The translations under genes were made by a program, and so were the position numbers. Of a stretch of DNA of 64,000 nucleotides, positions 20,843 through 32,776 are shown one piece after another. This stretch comes from an uncultured delta proteobacterium. Its GTDB lineage: Bacteria; Desulfobacterota; Binatia; DP-6. Position 1 is the stretch's first letter. Each line of letters opens with the position of its first letter. The stretch is from positions 384,001 through 448,000 of the forward strand of contig CAWFFN010000012.1 of NCBI GenBank assembly GCA_963815115.1, in the 5' to 3' direction. The notes below the pieces were generated by a model. That model made no database searches, was not told the origin of the DNA, and worked only from the letters and a program-made list of their open reading frames with translations.

Positions 20843-22203
20843 ATCCCGCCATCTTCCGCGAATACGACATCCGCGGGGTGGCGGAGCGCGACTTCGACGC
20901 AGGGTTTGCCCACCGGCTGGGGCAGGCGTTCGGCACGCTGGCGGCCGAGCGCGGAACGACGCTGGTCGCGGTGGGGCGCGACTGCCGGCTGACCTCGGAT
21001 CGCTATGCCGCCGCGCTCGTCGAGGGCGTCCGCGCGGCCGGCGTCGACGTCCTCGATGTCGGGATGTGTCCGACACCCCTGCTCTACTTCGCCATCTTCC
21101 ACTGGGGGCTCGGCGGAGGCGTGCAGGTGACGGGCAGCCACAATCCGGCCGACTACAATGGCTTCAAGTTGTGCCTCGGCACCGTGGCGATGCACGGCGA
21201 GGACATCCAGGCGCTCAGGCGGCGGATGGAGACCGGGCCGCTGCGATCCGGCGCCGGCACGGTCGAGACGCGTGCGGTGATCGGGCCCTACCAGGATCAC
21301 GTCGCGTGCACCCTGGGGCGGCTCGCCCGTCGCGTCGCCGTCGTGGTGGACGCGGGAAACGGTACCGGCGGGCCGGTAGCCCCTGCGCTCTACGAGCGCC
21401 TGGGCGCGCAGGTGACGCCGCTCTTCTGCGATCCGGACGGGCGATTCCCCAACCACCATCCCGACCCGACGGTGGTCGAGAACCTGCAGCACCTGATCGC
21501 CCGCGTGCGCGAGCGCGGCGCCGAGGTGGGGATCGCCTTCGACGGCGATGCCGACCGCATCGGCGTGGTGGACGGTGACGGCCGCGTCGTCTGGGGGGAC
21601 GAGCTGCTCGTGCTCTACGCGCGCGACGTGCTGTCGCGAAACCCGGGAGCCATCGTGGTCTCCGAGGTGAAGTGCTCCCAGCGGCTCTACGACGACGTCG
21701 CGCGGCACGGCGGTCGTGCGATCATGTGGAAGGCCGGCCATTCGCTGCTCAAGGCCAAGATGAGGGAGACCGGCGCGCTCCTCGGCGGCGAGATGAGCGG
21801 CCACGTCTTCTTCGGCGAGCGCTGGTTCGGGTTCGACGACGGCATTTACGCCGGCGCCCGGCTGCTCGAGATCCTGGGCCGCAGCGGCAAGACCGTGCGC
21901 GACCTGCTCGCCGATCTCCCGCCCGCCGAGACGACTCCGGAGATCCGCGTCGACTGCCCGGACGAGCTCAAGTTTCGCGTGGCCGACCGGGTCCGCGATG
22001 GACTGCGCGCCGCCGGCCACGACCTGATCGATCTCGACGGCGCGCGGGTGCGCTTCCCGCACGGCTGGGGCCTGCTGCGGGCCTCGAACACGCAGCCCGC
22101 GCTGGTCATGCGCTTCGAAGCCGACACCTGCGAGCACCTCGCCGACTACCGTGCCGTGCTCGAGCGCGCCGTGGCTGCGGCACGCCGGGAGATCGGCCGC
22201 TAG
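20839..22203 (+). CDS. Phosphomannomutase/phosphoglucomutase
   Basis: Motifs [35 protein letters not shown]. Start uncertain: CTG at 20839 or TTG at 20791. Confidence 0.95.
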   Translation: MNPAIFREYDIRGVAERDFDAGFAHRLGQAFGTLAAERGTTLVAVGRDCRLTSDRYAAALVEGVRAAGVDVLDVGMCPTPLLYFAIFHWGLGGGVQVTGSHNPADYNGFKLCLGTVAMHGEDIQALRRRMETGPLRSGAGTVETRAVIGPYQDHVACTLGRLARRVAVVVDAGNGTGGPVAPALYERLGAQVTPLFCDPDGRFPNHHPDPTVVENLQHLIARVRERGAEVGIAFDGDADRIGVVDGDGRVVWGDELLVLYARDVLSRNPGAIVVSEVKCSQRLYDDVARHGGRAIMWKAGHSLLKAKMRETGALLGGEMSGHVFFGERWFGFDDGIYAGARLLEILGRSGKTVRDLLADLPPAETTPEIRVDCPDELKFRVADRVRDGLRAAGHDLIDLDGARVRFPHGWGLLRASNTQPALVMRFEADTCEHLADYRAVLERAVAAARREIGR

Positions 22204-22222
22204 AGCGGGCGCGAGCAAACTC

Positions 22223-25069
<2,847 letters not shown>

Positions 25070-25098
25070 AGGAGTCCAGGCGGTCCGGGTCATCGATC

Positions 25099-25151
25099 GG
25101 TCCTTGACAAGAGGACCAGGAGCGTAATACTAGACCGAACTGGTCCGGATA
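25099..25151 (+). promoter_or_regulatory. isc operon promoter with palindromic Rrf2/IscR-like operator(s)
   Basis: TTGACA at 25104-25109 lies within GGTCCT-N7-AGGACC. ATACTAGACCGAACTGGTCCGGATA (25127-25151) resembles the IscR type-1 box. Confidence 0.65.
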
Positions 25152-25177
25152 CTCCGGCATCGGAGGTGAGCAGGCCT

Positions 25178-26437
25178 ATGCTGAGCCGTGCGATCTACAT
25201 GGACAACCACGCTACCACGCCGGTCGATCCGCGCGTGATGGAAGCGATGCTGCCGTACTTCAACGAGGTTTTCGGCAACGCCGCCAGCCGCAGCCACGGC
25301 TTCGGCTGGGACGCCGAGAAGGCCGTCGAGAGCGCTCGCGAGGAGATCGCCCGACTGATCGGCGCCAAGGCGAAGGACATCATCTTCACCAGCGGAGCGA
25401 CCGAGTCGGACAACCTCGCGGTCCGCGGCGTGGTCGAGTTCTACAAGGACAAGGGCAACCACGTCGTCACCCAGGTGACCGAGCACAAGGCGATCCTCGA
25501 CACCTGTCGCGCGCTCGAGCGCAAGGGTCTGGCGACCGTCACCTATCTGCCCGTCGACCACTATGGGCGTGTCGATCCCGACGACGTGCGCAAGGCCATC
25601 ACCGACAAGACGGTGCTGGTGACGATCATGTTCGCCAACAACGAGATCGGCACGGTGCAGCCGCTCGCCGAGATCGGGCAGATCACCCGCGAGAAGGGCG
25701 TGCTCTTCCATACCGACGCCGTGCAGGGGCTCGGCACGCTGCCGCTCGACGTCGAGGCGATGCACGTCGACCTCCTCTCGCTGACGGCGCACAAGATCTA
25801 CGGCCCCAAGGGCGTCGGCGCGCTCTACGTGCGCTCGAAGAGCCCGCGGGTTCGGCTGAGCCCGATCATCGACGGCGGCGGCCACGAGCGCGGCATGCGA
25901 TCCGGCACGCTGAACGTTCCGGGGATCGTCGGTCTGGGCAAGGCATGCGAGCTGGTGCGCCAGGGGCGGGCCGAGGACGCCGAGCACGAGCTGCGCTTAC
26001 GCGAGCGACTCCAGGAAGGCCTCTTCTCCCAGCTCGACGAGATCTATTTGAACGGCCACCCGACCTACCGGCTTCCCGGCAACCTGAACGTCAGCTTCGC
26101 GTTCGTCGAGGGCGAGTCGCTGCTGATGGGGCTCAACGGATCCGTCCATCCCATCGCCGCGTCGGCGTCCTTGCCGGCCATCGCCGTGTCGTCGGGCTCG
26201 GCCTGCACCTCGGCCACCCTGGAGCCCTCGTACGTATTGAAGGCCCTGGGAGTGGGCGACGACCTGGCGCACACCTCGATCCGGTTCGGGCTCGGCCGCT
26301 TCAACACGGAGGAAGAGGTCGACTACGTGATCGAGCGCGTCGTTTCAGAGGTGCGCCGGTTGCGCGATCTGTCCCCGCTCTATGAGATGGCGAAGGAAGG
26401 AATCGATCTCAAGACCGTGGCCTGGGAACGCGTCTGA
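25178..26437 (+). CDS. iscS: Cysteine desulfurase IscS
   Basis: Motifs [27 protein letters not shown] (PLP lysine), [10 protein letters not shown] sequence GGAGG upstream. Confidence 0.97.
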   Translation: MLSRAIYMDNHATTPVDPRVMEAMLPYFNEVFGNAASRSHGFGWDAEKAVESAREEIARLIGAKAKDIIFTSGATESDNLAVRGVVEFYKDKGNHVVTQVTEHKAILDTCRALERKGLATVTYLPVDHYGRVDPDDVRKAITDKTVLVTIMFANNEIGTVQPLAEIGQITREKGVLFHTDAVQGLGTLPLDVEAMHVDLLSLTAHKIYGPKGVGALYVRSKSPRVRLSPIIDGGGHERGMRSGTLNVPGIVGLGKACELVRQGRAEDAEHELRLRERLQEGLFSQLDEIYLNGHPTYRLPGNLNVSFAFVEGESLLMGLNGSVHPIAASASLPAIAVSSGSACTSATLEPSYVLKALGVGDDLAHTSIRFGLGRFNTEEEVDYVIERVVSEVRRLRDLSPLYEMAKEGIDLKTVAWERV

Positions 26438-26481
26438 GACTTGCTGCCAAGACTGTTGCAAGACTGTTGAAGGAGCACCCA

Positions 26482-26922
26482 ATGGCATACAGTGACAAGG
26501 TACTCGATCACTACTCCAATCCCCGGAACGTCGGCACGCTTCCGAAGGAAGACCCCAACGTCGGTACCGGTGTGGTGGGCGCGCCGGAGTGTGGCGACGT
26601 CATGAAGCTGCAGCTCCGGATCTCGGACGCGGGCGTCGTCGAGGACGCCAAGTTCAAGACCTTCGGCTGCGGGAGCGCGATCGCCAGCTCGAGCTACGTG
26701 ACCGAGCTGGTGAAGGGCAAGACGGTCGACGAGGTCATGTCGATCAAGAACACGCACATCGTGCAGGAGCTGTCGCTGCCACCGGTCAAGATCCACTGCT
26801 CGGTGCTCGCGGAGGACGGCATCAAGGCCGCGATCGCCGACTGGAAGAAGAAGCGTGGCGACGAGACGTCGGAGCCGGTCGGGCCCGAGGCGGCGCCAAA
26901 GGTGGCGCACAAGGTGGCATAG
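26482..26922 (+). CDS. iscU: Fe-S scaffold IscU
   Basis: Motifs YSDKVLDHY.NPRNVG, APECGDVM, FGCGSAIASSS, LPPVKIHCS. Confidence 0.98.
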   Translation: MAYSDKVLDHYSNPRNVGTLPKEDPNVGTGVVGAPECGDVMKLQLRISDAGVVEDAKFKTFGCGSAIASSSYVTELVKGKTVDEVMSIKNTHIVQELSLPPVKIHCSVLAEDGIKAAIADWKKKRGDETSEPVGPEAAPKVAHKVA

Positions 26923-27258
26923 GTGGCCGAGCAACGCACGATCGGAATGACCGACCAGGCCGCGGAGAAGATCCAGGCGCTGGTGGCCGAGAAGGGCATC
27001 GCGGACGGCGGGCTGCGGGTCAAGGTCGTCGGCGGGGGATGCTCGGGGCTCACCTACAAGATGGACCTCGACCAGGTGCGCGACGGCGACAAGGTCTTCG
27101 AGCACGGCGGCGCGAAGCTGGTCGTCGACCGCAAGAGCTTTCTGTACCTGAACGGCACCATCCTCGACTACAAGGACGAGCTGATGTCGGCGGGGTTCAA
27201 CCTGCAAAACCCGAACGTCAAGCGGACCTGCGGCTGTGGATCGTCGTTCGGGGTCTGA
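26923..27258 (+). CDS. iscA: A-type Fe-S carrier IscA/HesB
   Basis: Motifs GGGCSGL.Y and NPN...CGCGSSF. Confidence 0.95.
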   Translation: MAEQRTIGMTDQAAEKIQALVAEKGIADGGLRVKVVGGGCSGLTYKMDLDQVRDGDKVFEHGGAKLVVDRKSFLYLNGTILDYKDELMSAGFNLQNPNVKRTCGCGSSFGV

Positions 27259-27303
27259 TCGGGTTCATGGCGGACGAGCGCGGAGGGGAGGGGCGTTTCA
27301 TTC

Positions 27304-27975
27304 ATGATGCGAGCCGAGACACGCGAGCACGAGTGCTGGCACTGCGCCGCGCGAACGGGGCTCGCACTGGTGTGCATCCACTGCGAGGCACCCCAGCCGC
27401 TGCCGGCGGGGGCTGATCTCTTCGCCGTCCTCGGCCTGACCCGGCGGCTGGTCGTCGATCCCGACGATCTCGAGCGTCGCTACCACGAAGCCTCGCGCGC
27501 GGTGCATCCCGACCGCCACCAGACGGCCGGGGAGCGCGACCGCACGCTCAGCCTGACGGCGAGCGCCACCGTCAACCGGGCGTATCGCACGCTGCGCGAC
27601 CCGGTGGGGCGTGGGCGCTACTGGCTCGAGCTGCACGGTACCCCGCTCGGCGATCGCAACAACCAGGTTCCGCCCGCCCTGGCCGCGCTGGTGTTCGACA
27701 CGCAGGAGCAGCTCGCCGAGTTGCGGGAGGCGAGCGATCCGGCCGCGGCACGTCAGGGGATGCAGGCCACGCAGGACGATCTGAGCACGCGGTTGCAGGC
27801 GCTCGGGGCGGAGCTCGAAGAGCGTTACGCCGCCTGGGACGCCGCAGGCGCAGAGACACCCGATGCGCTGGCCGAGCTCAAGCGCCGGCTGTCCGAGATC
27901 GCCTACCTGCGCACGCTGCTCGACGACGTCGAGGATGCGCTCGACGCGGTGAAGGAACCCCGGCAGGAACACTGA
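27304..27975 (+). CDS. hscB: Co-chaperone HscB with N-terminal tetracysteine motif
   Basis: CWHC...CIHC, J-domain [16 protein letters not shown]. Confidence 0.93.
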   Translation: MMRAETREHECWHCAARTGLALVCIHCEAPQPLPAGADLFAVLGLTRRLVVDPDDLERRYHEASRAVHPDRHQTAGERDRTLSLTASATVNRAYRTLRDPVGRGRYWLELHGTPLGDRNNQVPPALAALVFDTQEQLAELREASDPAAARQGMQATQDDLSTRLQALGAELEERYAAWDAAGAETPDALAELKRRLSEIAYLRTLLDDVEDALDAVKEPRQEH

Positions 27976-29783
27976 TGGATCGCGTCGTCGGCATCGATCT
28001 CGGAACCACCAACAGCCTGGTGGCGATCCTCGATCCGGAAGGGCCGCGCGTGCTGCCGGATCCGGAGACAGGGGCGCGCCTGCTGCCGTCGGCGGTCTCG
28101 TTCCTTCCCGGCGGCGAGGTCGTGGTCGGCGAGGGCGCCCGCCAGCTCGCGGGCGAGCTCCCGCTCGACACGATCCTCTCGGTCAAGCGCTTCATGGGGC
28201 TCGGCCCCGAGCACGTGAGCGACGAGGACCGCCGGCGCTACCGCTTCGCGGAGGGCGCGTCGGGGGTGGTGCGCTTCGTGGCTGGCGGACGCGAGCGGAC
28301 GGCTCCCGAGGTCTCCGCGTACGTACTCCGCGAGCTCAGGCGCTGGGCGGAGGCGGCACTCGGCGAGCCCGTCTCGAAGGCGGTCGTCACCGTCCCCGCC
28401 TACTTCAACGACAGCCAGCGGCAGGCGACCAAGGACGCGGGCCGGCTCGCCGGTCTCGAGGTCCTGCGCCTGGTGAACGAGCCCACCGCGGCGGCGCTCG
28501 CCTACGGTCTCGACCAGGGCGCGGAGGGCACGGTCGCGGTCTACGATCTGGGCGGCGGCACGTTCGACGTCTCCATCTTGAAGCTGCGGGGCGGCATCTT
28601 CGAGGTGCTCGCCACCAACGGCGACACGCGTCTCGGCGGCGACGACTTCGACGTTCGTCTCGCCGACCTGCTGCTCGCCGAGCTGCCCCAGCCGCTCGCC
28701 GCGCACCCGCAGGTGCGGGCCCAGGTGCTCGCGATGGCGGAGCGCGCGAAGCGTGCCCTGACCGACGCGTCCCAGACCGACCTCGAACTGGTCACCCCCG
28801 AGGGACGGGCGGTCCGGCGCACCGTCCGGCGCGACGAGTTCGAGGCCCTGGTGCGCGACCTCGTCGAGCGCACTGGCCGACCGTGCCGGCAGGCGCTCAG
28901 GGACGCCGGCCTCGAGCCGGCCGAGATCGGCGAGGTCGTCGCCGTCGGTGGCTCGACGCGCGTTCCGCTCGTACGCCGTACCATGGAAGCGCTCTTCGGC
29001 CGCCCGCCGCTCACGTCCATCGATCCGGACGAGGTCGTGGCGCTCGGCGCGGGCATCCAGGCGGGCATCCTCACCGGCGGTCGTCGCGACATGCTCCTGC
29101 TCGACGTCATCCCGCTGTCGCTCGGGATCGAGACCATGGGGGGTGTGTTCACGCGCCTGATCGATCGCAACGTCACCATCCCGGTGAGCGTCAAGGAGAA
29201 CTTCACCACCGCCGCGGACAACCAGACGTCGGTCGACGTGCACGTCCTGCAGGGCGAGCGCGAGCTCGCGAGCGACAACCGGAGCCTGGCCCGCTTCTCC
29301 ATCCCGATCGAGCCGCAGCCGGCCGGGGTGCCGCGTCTCGACCTGACGTTTCTCGTCGACGCCAACGGCATCCTGTCCGTGACGGCGGCCGACCTGCGGA
29401 CGGGCCGCGAGCGCACCGTCGAGGTGAAGCCGTCGTACGGTCTCACCGACGAGCAGATCGAGCACATGCTGGAGGAGTCGTTCGAGCACGCCGAGGACGA
29501 CGTGCAGCAACGCCAGCTGCGCGAGGCGCGGGTCGACGCCGACACGATCCTGCACGCGACCCGGACATCGCTCGAGAAGCACGCTCACCGACTCGAGCCC
29601 GGCGAGGCGGAGCGCATCCGCCGCGCGGTCGCGGCGCTGGCCGAGGCCCGCGACGGCGACGACCACATCCGCATCCGGGAGCGCTACGACGAGCTGAGCC
29701 AGATCACCGAGCCGTTCGCGCGGCGGATCATGGACGTCGCCCTGCGCGACGCGGTCGTCAGCCGGCCGCTCGAGGAGATCTGA
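27975..29783 (+). CDS. hscA: Hsp70-family chaperone HscA
   Basis: Motifs [52 protein letters not shown]. Located in the isc operon. Confidence 0.92.
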   Translation: MDRVVGIDLGTTNSLVAILDPEGPRVLPDPETGARLLPSAVSFLPGGEVVVGEGARQLAGELPLDTILSVKRFMGLGPEHVSDEDRRRYRFAEGASGVVRFVAGGRERTAPEVSAYVLRELRRWAEAALGEPVSKAVVTVPAYFNDSQRQATKDAGRLAGLEVLRLVNEPTAAALAYGLDQGAEGTVAVYDLGGGTFDVSILKLRGGIFEVLATNGDTRLGGDDFDVRLADLLLAELPQPLAAHPQVRAQVLAMAERAKRALTDASQTDLELVTPEGRAVRRTVRRDEFEALVRDLVERTGRPCRQALRDAGLEPAEIGEVVAVGGSTRVPLVRRTMEALFGRPPLTSIDPDEVVALGAGIQAGILTGGRRDMLLLDVIPLSLGIETMGGVFTRLIDRNVTIPVSVKENFTTAADNQTSVDVHVLQGERELASDNRSLARFSIPIEPQPAGVPRLDLTFLVDANGILSVTAADLRTGRERTVEVKPSYGLTDEQIEHMLEESFEHAEDDVQQRQLREARVDADTILHATRTSLEKHAHRLEPGEAERIRRAVAALAEARDGDDHIRIRERYDELSQITEPFARRIMDVALRDAVVSRPLEEI

Positions 29784-29789
29784 GTTCCC

Positions 29790-29993
29790 ATGCGTCTCAC
29801 CTGGGATGACGTGGAAGACATCGCCGACCTCCTCGTGGAGCTCCATCCCGAGGTGGATCCCCTGGGCGTCCGCTTCACGGACCTCCACCGCTGGGTCAGT
29901 GAGCTGCCCGGCTTTGACGACGATCCCAAGGCATCGAGCGAGGGCAAGCTCGAGCGCATCCAGATGGCCTGGGTCGAGGCCCGGCGGGAGTGA
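29790..29993 (+). CDS. iscX: Fe-S assembly protein IscX
   Basis: LTWDD.EDIA..L...HP..DP..VRFTDLH.WV..L..FDDDP..S.E..LE.IQ..W. Confidence 0.95.
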   Translation: MRLTWDDVEDIADLLVELHPEVDPLGVRFTDLHRWVSELPGFDDDPKASSEGKLERIQMAWVEARRE

Positions 29994-30003
29994 GGAGATA
30001 CTG

Positions 30004-30507
30004 ATGGCGTTTCTGCAGGTGAGCCGGAAGGTCGACTACGCGCTCCGGGCCGTCATCCACCTCGCCGACGAAAATGCCAGCGATCGCATCTGCTCGCTGG
30101 CCGAGATAGCCGCCCGCGAGCGCATCCCGCGGCAGTTCCTCGAGAAGATCGTCCAGCAGCTCATCCACAAGGGCCTGGTACGGTCACGTCGCGGCCCGCG
30201 GGGAGGCTACGTTCTCGGCCGGCCGGCAGAGGCGATGACCTTCCGGGACGTCATCGAGGCGGTGGAGGGACCCATCTCGCTCAACGTGTGCGTCGGCGAC
30301 CATCCCGACTGCTTTCTCCTGGGGGCCTGCGGCATGAACCGGGTGTGGGCCGAAGGGCAGCGCCGGGTGATGGATCTCTTCGAAAACACGACGATTGCGG
30401 CCGTTCGTCACCCCCGTGTGGCGGGTGCGCCGGCCGTCACGACCCCTGAATTTCCATCTTCGGGGGATCGTCTAAGCCCCGTAACCAGCGCCCTCGAACG
30501 GGGTTGA
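30004..30507 (+). CDS. Rrf2-family Fe-S transcriptional regulator
   Basis: DYALRA, winged-helix motif LVRSRRGPRGGY.L, and C-x6-C-x5-C. SD sequence GAGGAG. Confidence 0.93.
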   Translation: MAFLQVSRKVDYALRAVIHLADENASDRICSLAEIAARERIPRQFLEKIVQQLIHKGLVRSRRGPRGGYVLGRPAEAMTFRDVIEAVEGPISLNVCVGDHPDCFLLGACGMNRVWAEGQRRVMDLFENTTIAAVRHPRVAGAPAVTTPEFPSSGDRLSPVTSALERG

Positions 30508-30515
30508 GAGGACGA

Positions 30516-30947
30516 ATGCCAATGAAAGATCGCGACGTCGCAGCGGGAGCAGAGGAACGGGTCGCCGGCCTCTTCACGCCAGATACGATGCTCCCCTCGC
30601 AGTACTTCGACCGGGTGGCTCGCCGAAGCGAGTATGACGGCGAGCGCCGCCTGATGATTGCAGTGCTCGAGGACGCCGTCGATGTCTTCCGCAAGCTGGC
30701 GGGAGCACGCGATGCCCGGCGACAGCAGCTCTTCCACGACGCCGAGGAGTGGATCGAGAGCCATGACCACGGCTGGATCTTCTCCTTCGAGAACATCTGC
30801 GACGTTCTCGGAATCGAGGCCGAGTACCTGCGGCGCGGGCTGCGGGCCATCAAGCAGAGGGCCCAGGTCGACGCGCGCGGGGAGGTGGTCGTGCTCCACC
30901 CCGAGCGGGCGGAAGACGACGGCCTTCAAGAGGCCAACGCGTCCTGA
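30516..30947 (+). CDS. Conserved-looking hypothetical protein
   Basis: Good SD and coding-like composition. Motif-like segments PDTMLPSQYF, ERRLMIAVLEDAV, AEEWI, FSFENICDVLGI. Confidence 0.8.
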   Translation: MPMKDRDVAAGAEERVAGLFTPDTMLPSQYFDRVARRSEYDGERRLMIAVLEDAVDVFRKLAGARDARRQQLFHDAEEWIESHDHGWIFSFENICDVLGIEAEYLRRGLRAIKQRAQVDARGEVVVLHPERAEDDGLQEANAS

Positions 30948-31012
30948 GCAGTCGATCTCGCTAGAGGCGCCCGCGCCTTTGCCTGACGCGCGGCATCCGG
31001 TACAGTCCGCGC

Positions 31013-31288
31013 GTGCCGGTTCGCCTGAAGGTCGAATGCCCCGCCTGTGGAACGCCCCTCGTGCGCAAGCCCGGGGGGCGTTGCCCCTCGTGCGGCGCCG
31101 CGGTGGCGGCCCACGTCCAGGCCGCCCGCTCGCGCGAGGAGCGGATCGAGCGGGTCGTCGCCGTCGTCGGCACGGCGCTCGTGCTCCTCGTCTTCGCCTT
31201 CACGGCGGGACTCGGGCTCGTCGAGGGCATCGCGGCCTATGCCGGTGCCGGAGCGCTCATGTTCTACCTCGCCAGGAAGACCTTCTGA
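31013..31288 (+). CDS. Small zinc-ribbon membrane protein
   Basis: CPACG...CPSCG followed by two hydrophobic helices. Stop overlaps the pepA start. TACAGT 6 nt upstream. Confidence 0.75.
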   Translation: MPVRLKVECPACGTPLVRKPGGRCPSCGAAVAAHVQAARSREERIERVVAVVGTALVLLVFAFTAGLGLVEGIAAYAGAGALMFYLARKTF

Positions 31289-32766
31289 TGGGCGCTCCGC
31301 TGCCGACCCTCCGGGCGCTGCGCGCCGGCGTCGACAAGCTCTCGGCGGACCTGTTGCTCATCCCGGTGGTCGAGGGACGCATCGCGTCCGCGGCGCGTCC
31401 CCTCGGGCGCGCCATGTCGGGGATGCTGGAGCGGCGGGCGCGGGCGGTGAAGTTCGGGGGGCAGGTCGACGAGCTGCTCCTGCACCAGACGGATCGCCGG
31501 TCGATCGCCCTGGTTGGTCTCGGGAGCGCCGACCGCGGCGCCGATGCCTGGATGCGGGCCGGAGCACGCGGCCGCCGCGAGGCCGAGCGACTCGGCGCGC
31601 GTCGCGTGGCGGCGTACGTGGGAGAGGAGACGGATCCGCGGGTGGTGGCCGCCCTCGCCTCCGGGTTCCTGCTGGTCGGGTATCGCTTCGAGCACTACCG
31701 CTCGGATCAGCGCCCGGAACGGGTCGAGAGTCTGACGGTGGGCGGCGAGCACCTGCCGGCGCCGGCCGCAATCAAGCCGATCCTGGAAGACGTCGCCAGC
31801 ATCGCGAGCGGCGTCTTCGGCGCGCGCGATCTGGTGAACGAGCCGCCGTCGGTCGCCACGCCACGCTTCATTGCCGAGTACACGCACCGCCTCGCGGAAG
31901 GCGTGTCGACGCTCAGCGCGGAGGTGTGGGAGCCGAAGCGGATCGCGCGCGAAGGATTGAACGGTCTTCTCGCCGTCGCCCGCGGCACCCACGAGGAGCC
32001 GCGCTTCATCGTGCTGCGGCACACGGTCGAGCATCCCCGCCGGCGGATCGCGCTGGTCGGCAAGGGCATCACGTTCGATTCCGGCGGGCTCTCCCTCAAG
32101 CCGGCGAAGGCGATGGAGACCATGAAGTACGACATGGCGGGTGGCGCGGCCGTGCTGCACGCGGTCTCCGTCGCTGCCGCGCTCGCCCTGCCCCTCGAGG
32201 TCGCCGCTTTCGTTCCCGCCACGGAGAACCTTCCCGGCGGCAACGCGCAGAAGCCCGGCGACGTGATCCGCTACACCAACGGCAAGACCGTCGAGGTGAT
32301 GAACACGGATGCGGAAGGGCGACTCGTCCTCGCCGACGCCCTGGTCGTCGCGAGCCGGTCGGCGCCCGACGCGATCATCGATCTGGCCACCCTCACCGGC
32401 TCTGCCCGGGTCGCGCTCGGTGCGCTCTACGCGTGCGTCTTCGGGAACGACCAGGTGCTCGTCGACGAGCTGATCGCGGCGGGCCGGGCTTCGGGGGAGC
32501 CTCTCTGGCAGCTTCCGCTCGTGCGCGAGTACCGGGAAGACCTGAGGAGCGGCATCGCCGATCTGAAGAACGTCGGTGGCAGCGACGCGGGTGCGATCGT
32601 GGCGGCGCTCTTCCTCGCCGAGTTCGTGAACGGCGTGCCGTGGGCTCATCTCGACATCGCCGGCCCGGCGTTCGCGGACAAGGAAGGTGCGCTCGCCCCG
32701 CGCGGCGCGACCGGCTACGGCGTGCGACTGCTGGTCGAGTACCTGCGCGCCGCCGCCGGCCGCTGA
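31288..32766 (+). CDS. pepA: Leucyl aminopeptidase (M17)
   Basis: Motifs VGKGITFDSGG, MKYDMAG, NTDAEGRLVLAD, ATLTG, HLDIAG. Confidence 0.96.
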   Translation: MGAPLPTLRALRAGVDKLSADLLLIPVVEGRIASAARPLGRAMSGMLERRARAVKFGGQVDELLLHQTDRRSIALVGLGSADRGADAWMRAGARGRREAERLGARRVAAYVGEETDPRVVAALASGFLLVGYRFEHYRSDQRPERVESLTVGGEHLPAPAAIKPILEDVASIASGVFGARDLVNEPPSVATPRFIAEYTHRLAEGVSTLSAEVWEPKRIAREGLNGLLAVARGTHEEPRFIVLRHTVEHPRRRIALVGKGITFDSGGLSLKPAKAMETMKYDMAGGAAVLHAVSVAAALALPLEVAAFVPATENLPGGNAQKPGDVIRYTNGKTVEVMNTDAEGRLVLADALVVASRSAPDAIIDLATLTGSARVALGALYACVFGNDQVLVDELIAAGRASGEPLWQLPLVREYREDLRSGIADLKNVGGSDAGAIVAALFLAEFVNGVPWAHLDIAGPAFADKEGALAPRGATGYGVRLLVEYLRAAAGR

Positions 32767-32776
32767 GGCGGTGCCC

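Noticed and set aside
30658-31287. Long N-terminal extension on PepA (702-aa ORF)
   Set aside because: It overlaps two better-supported genes. PepA homology starts at ATG 31288.
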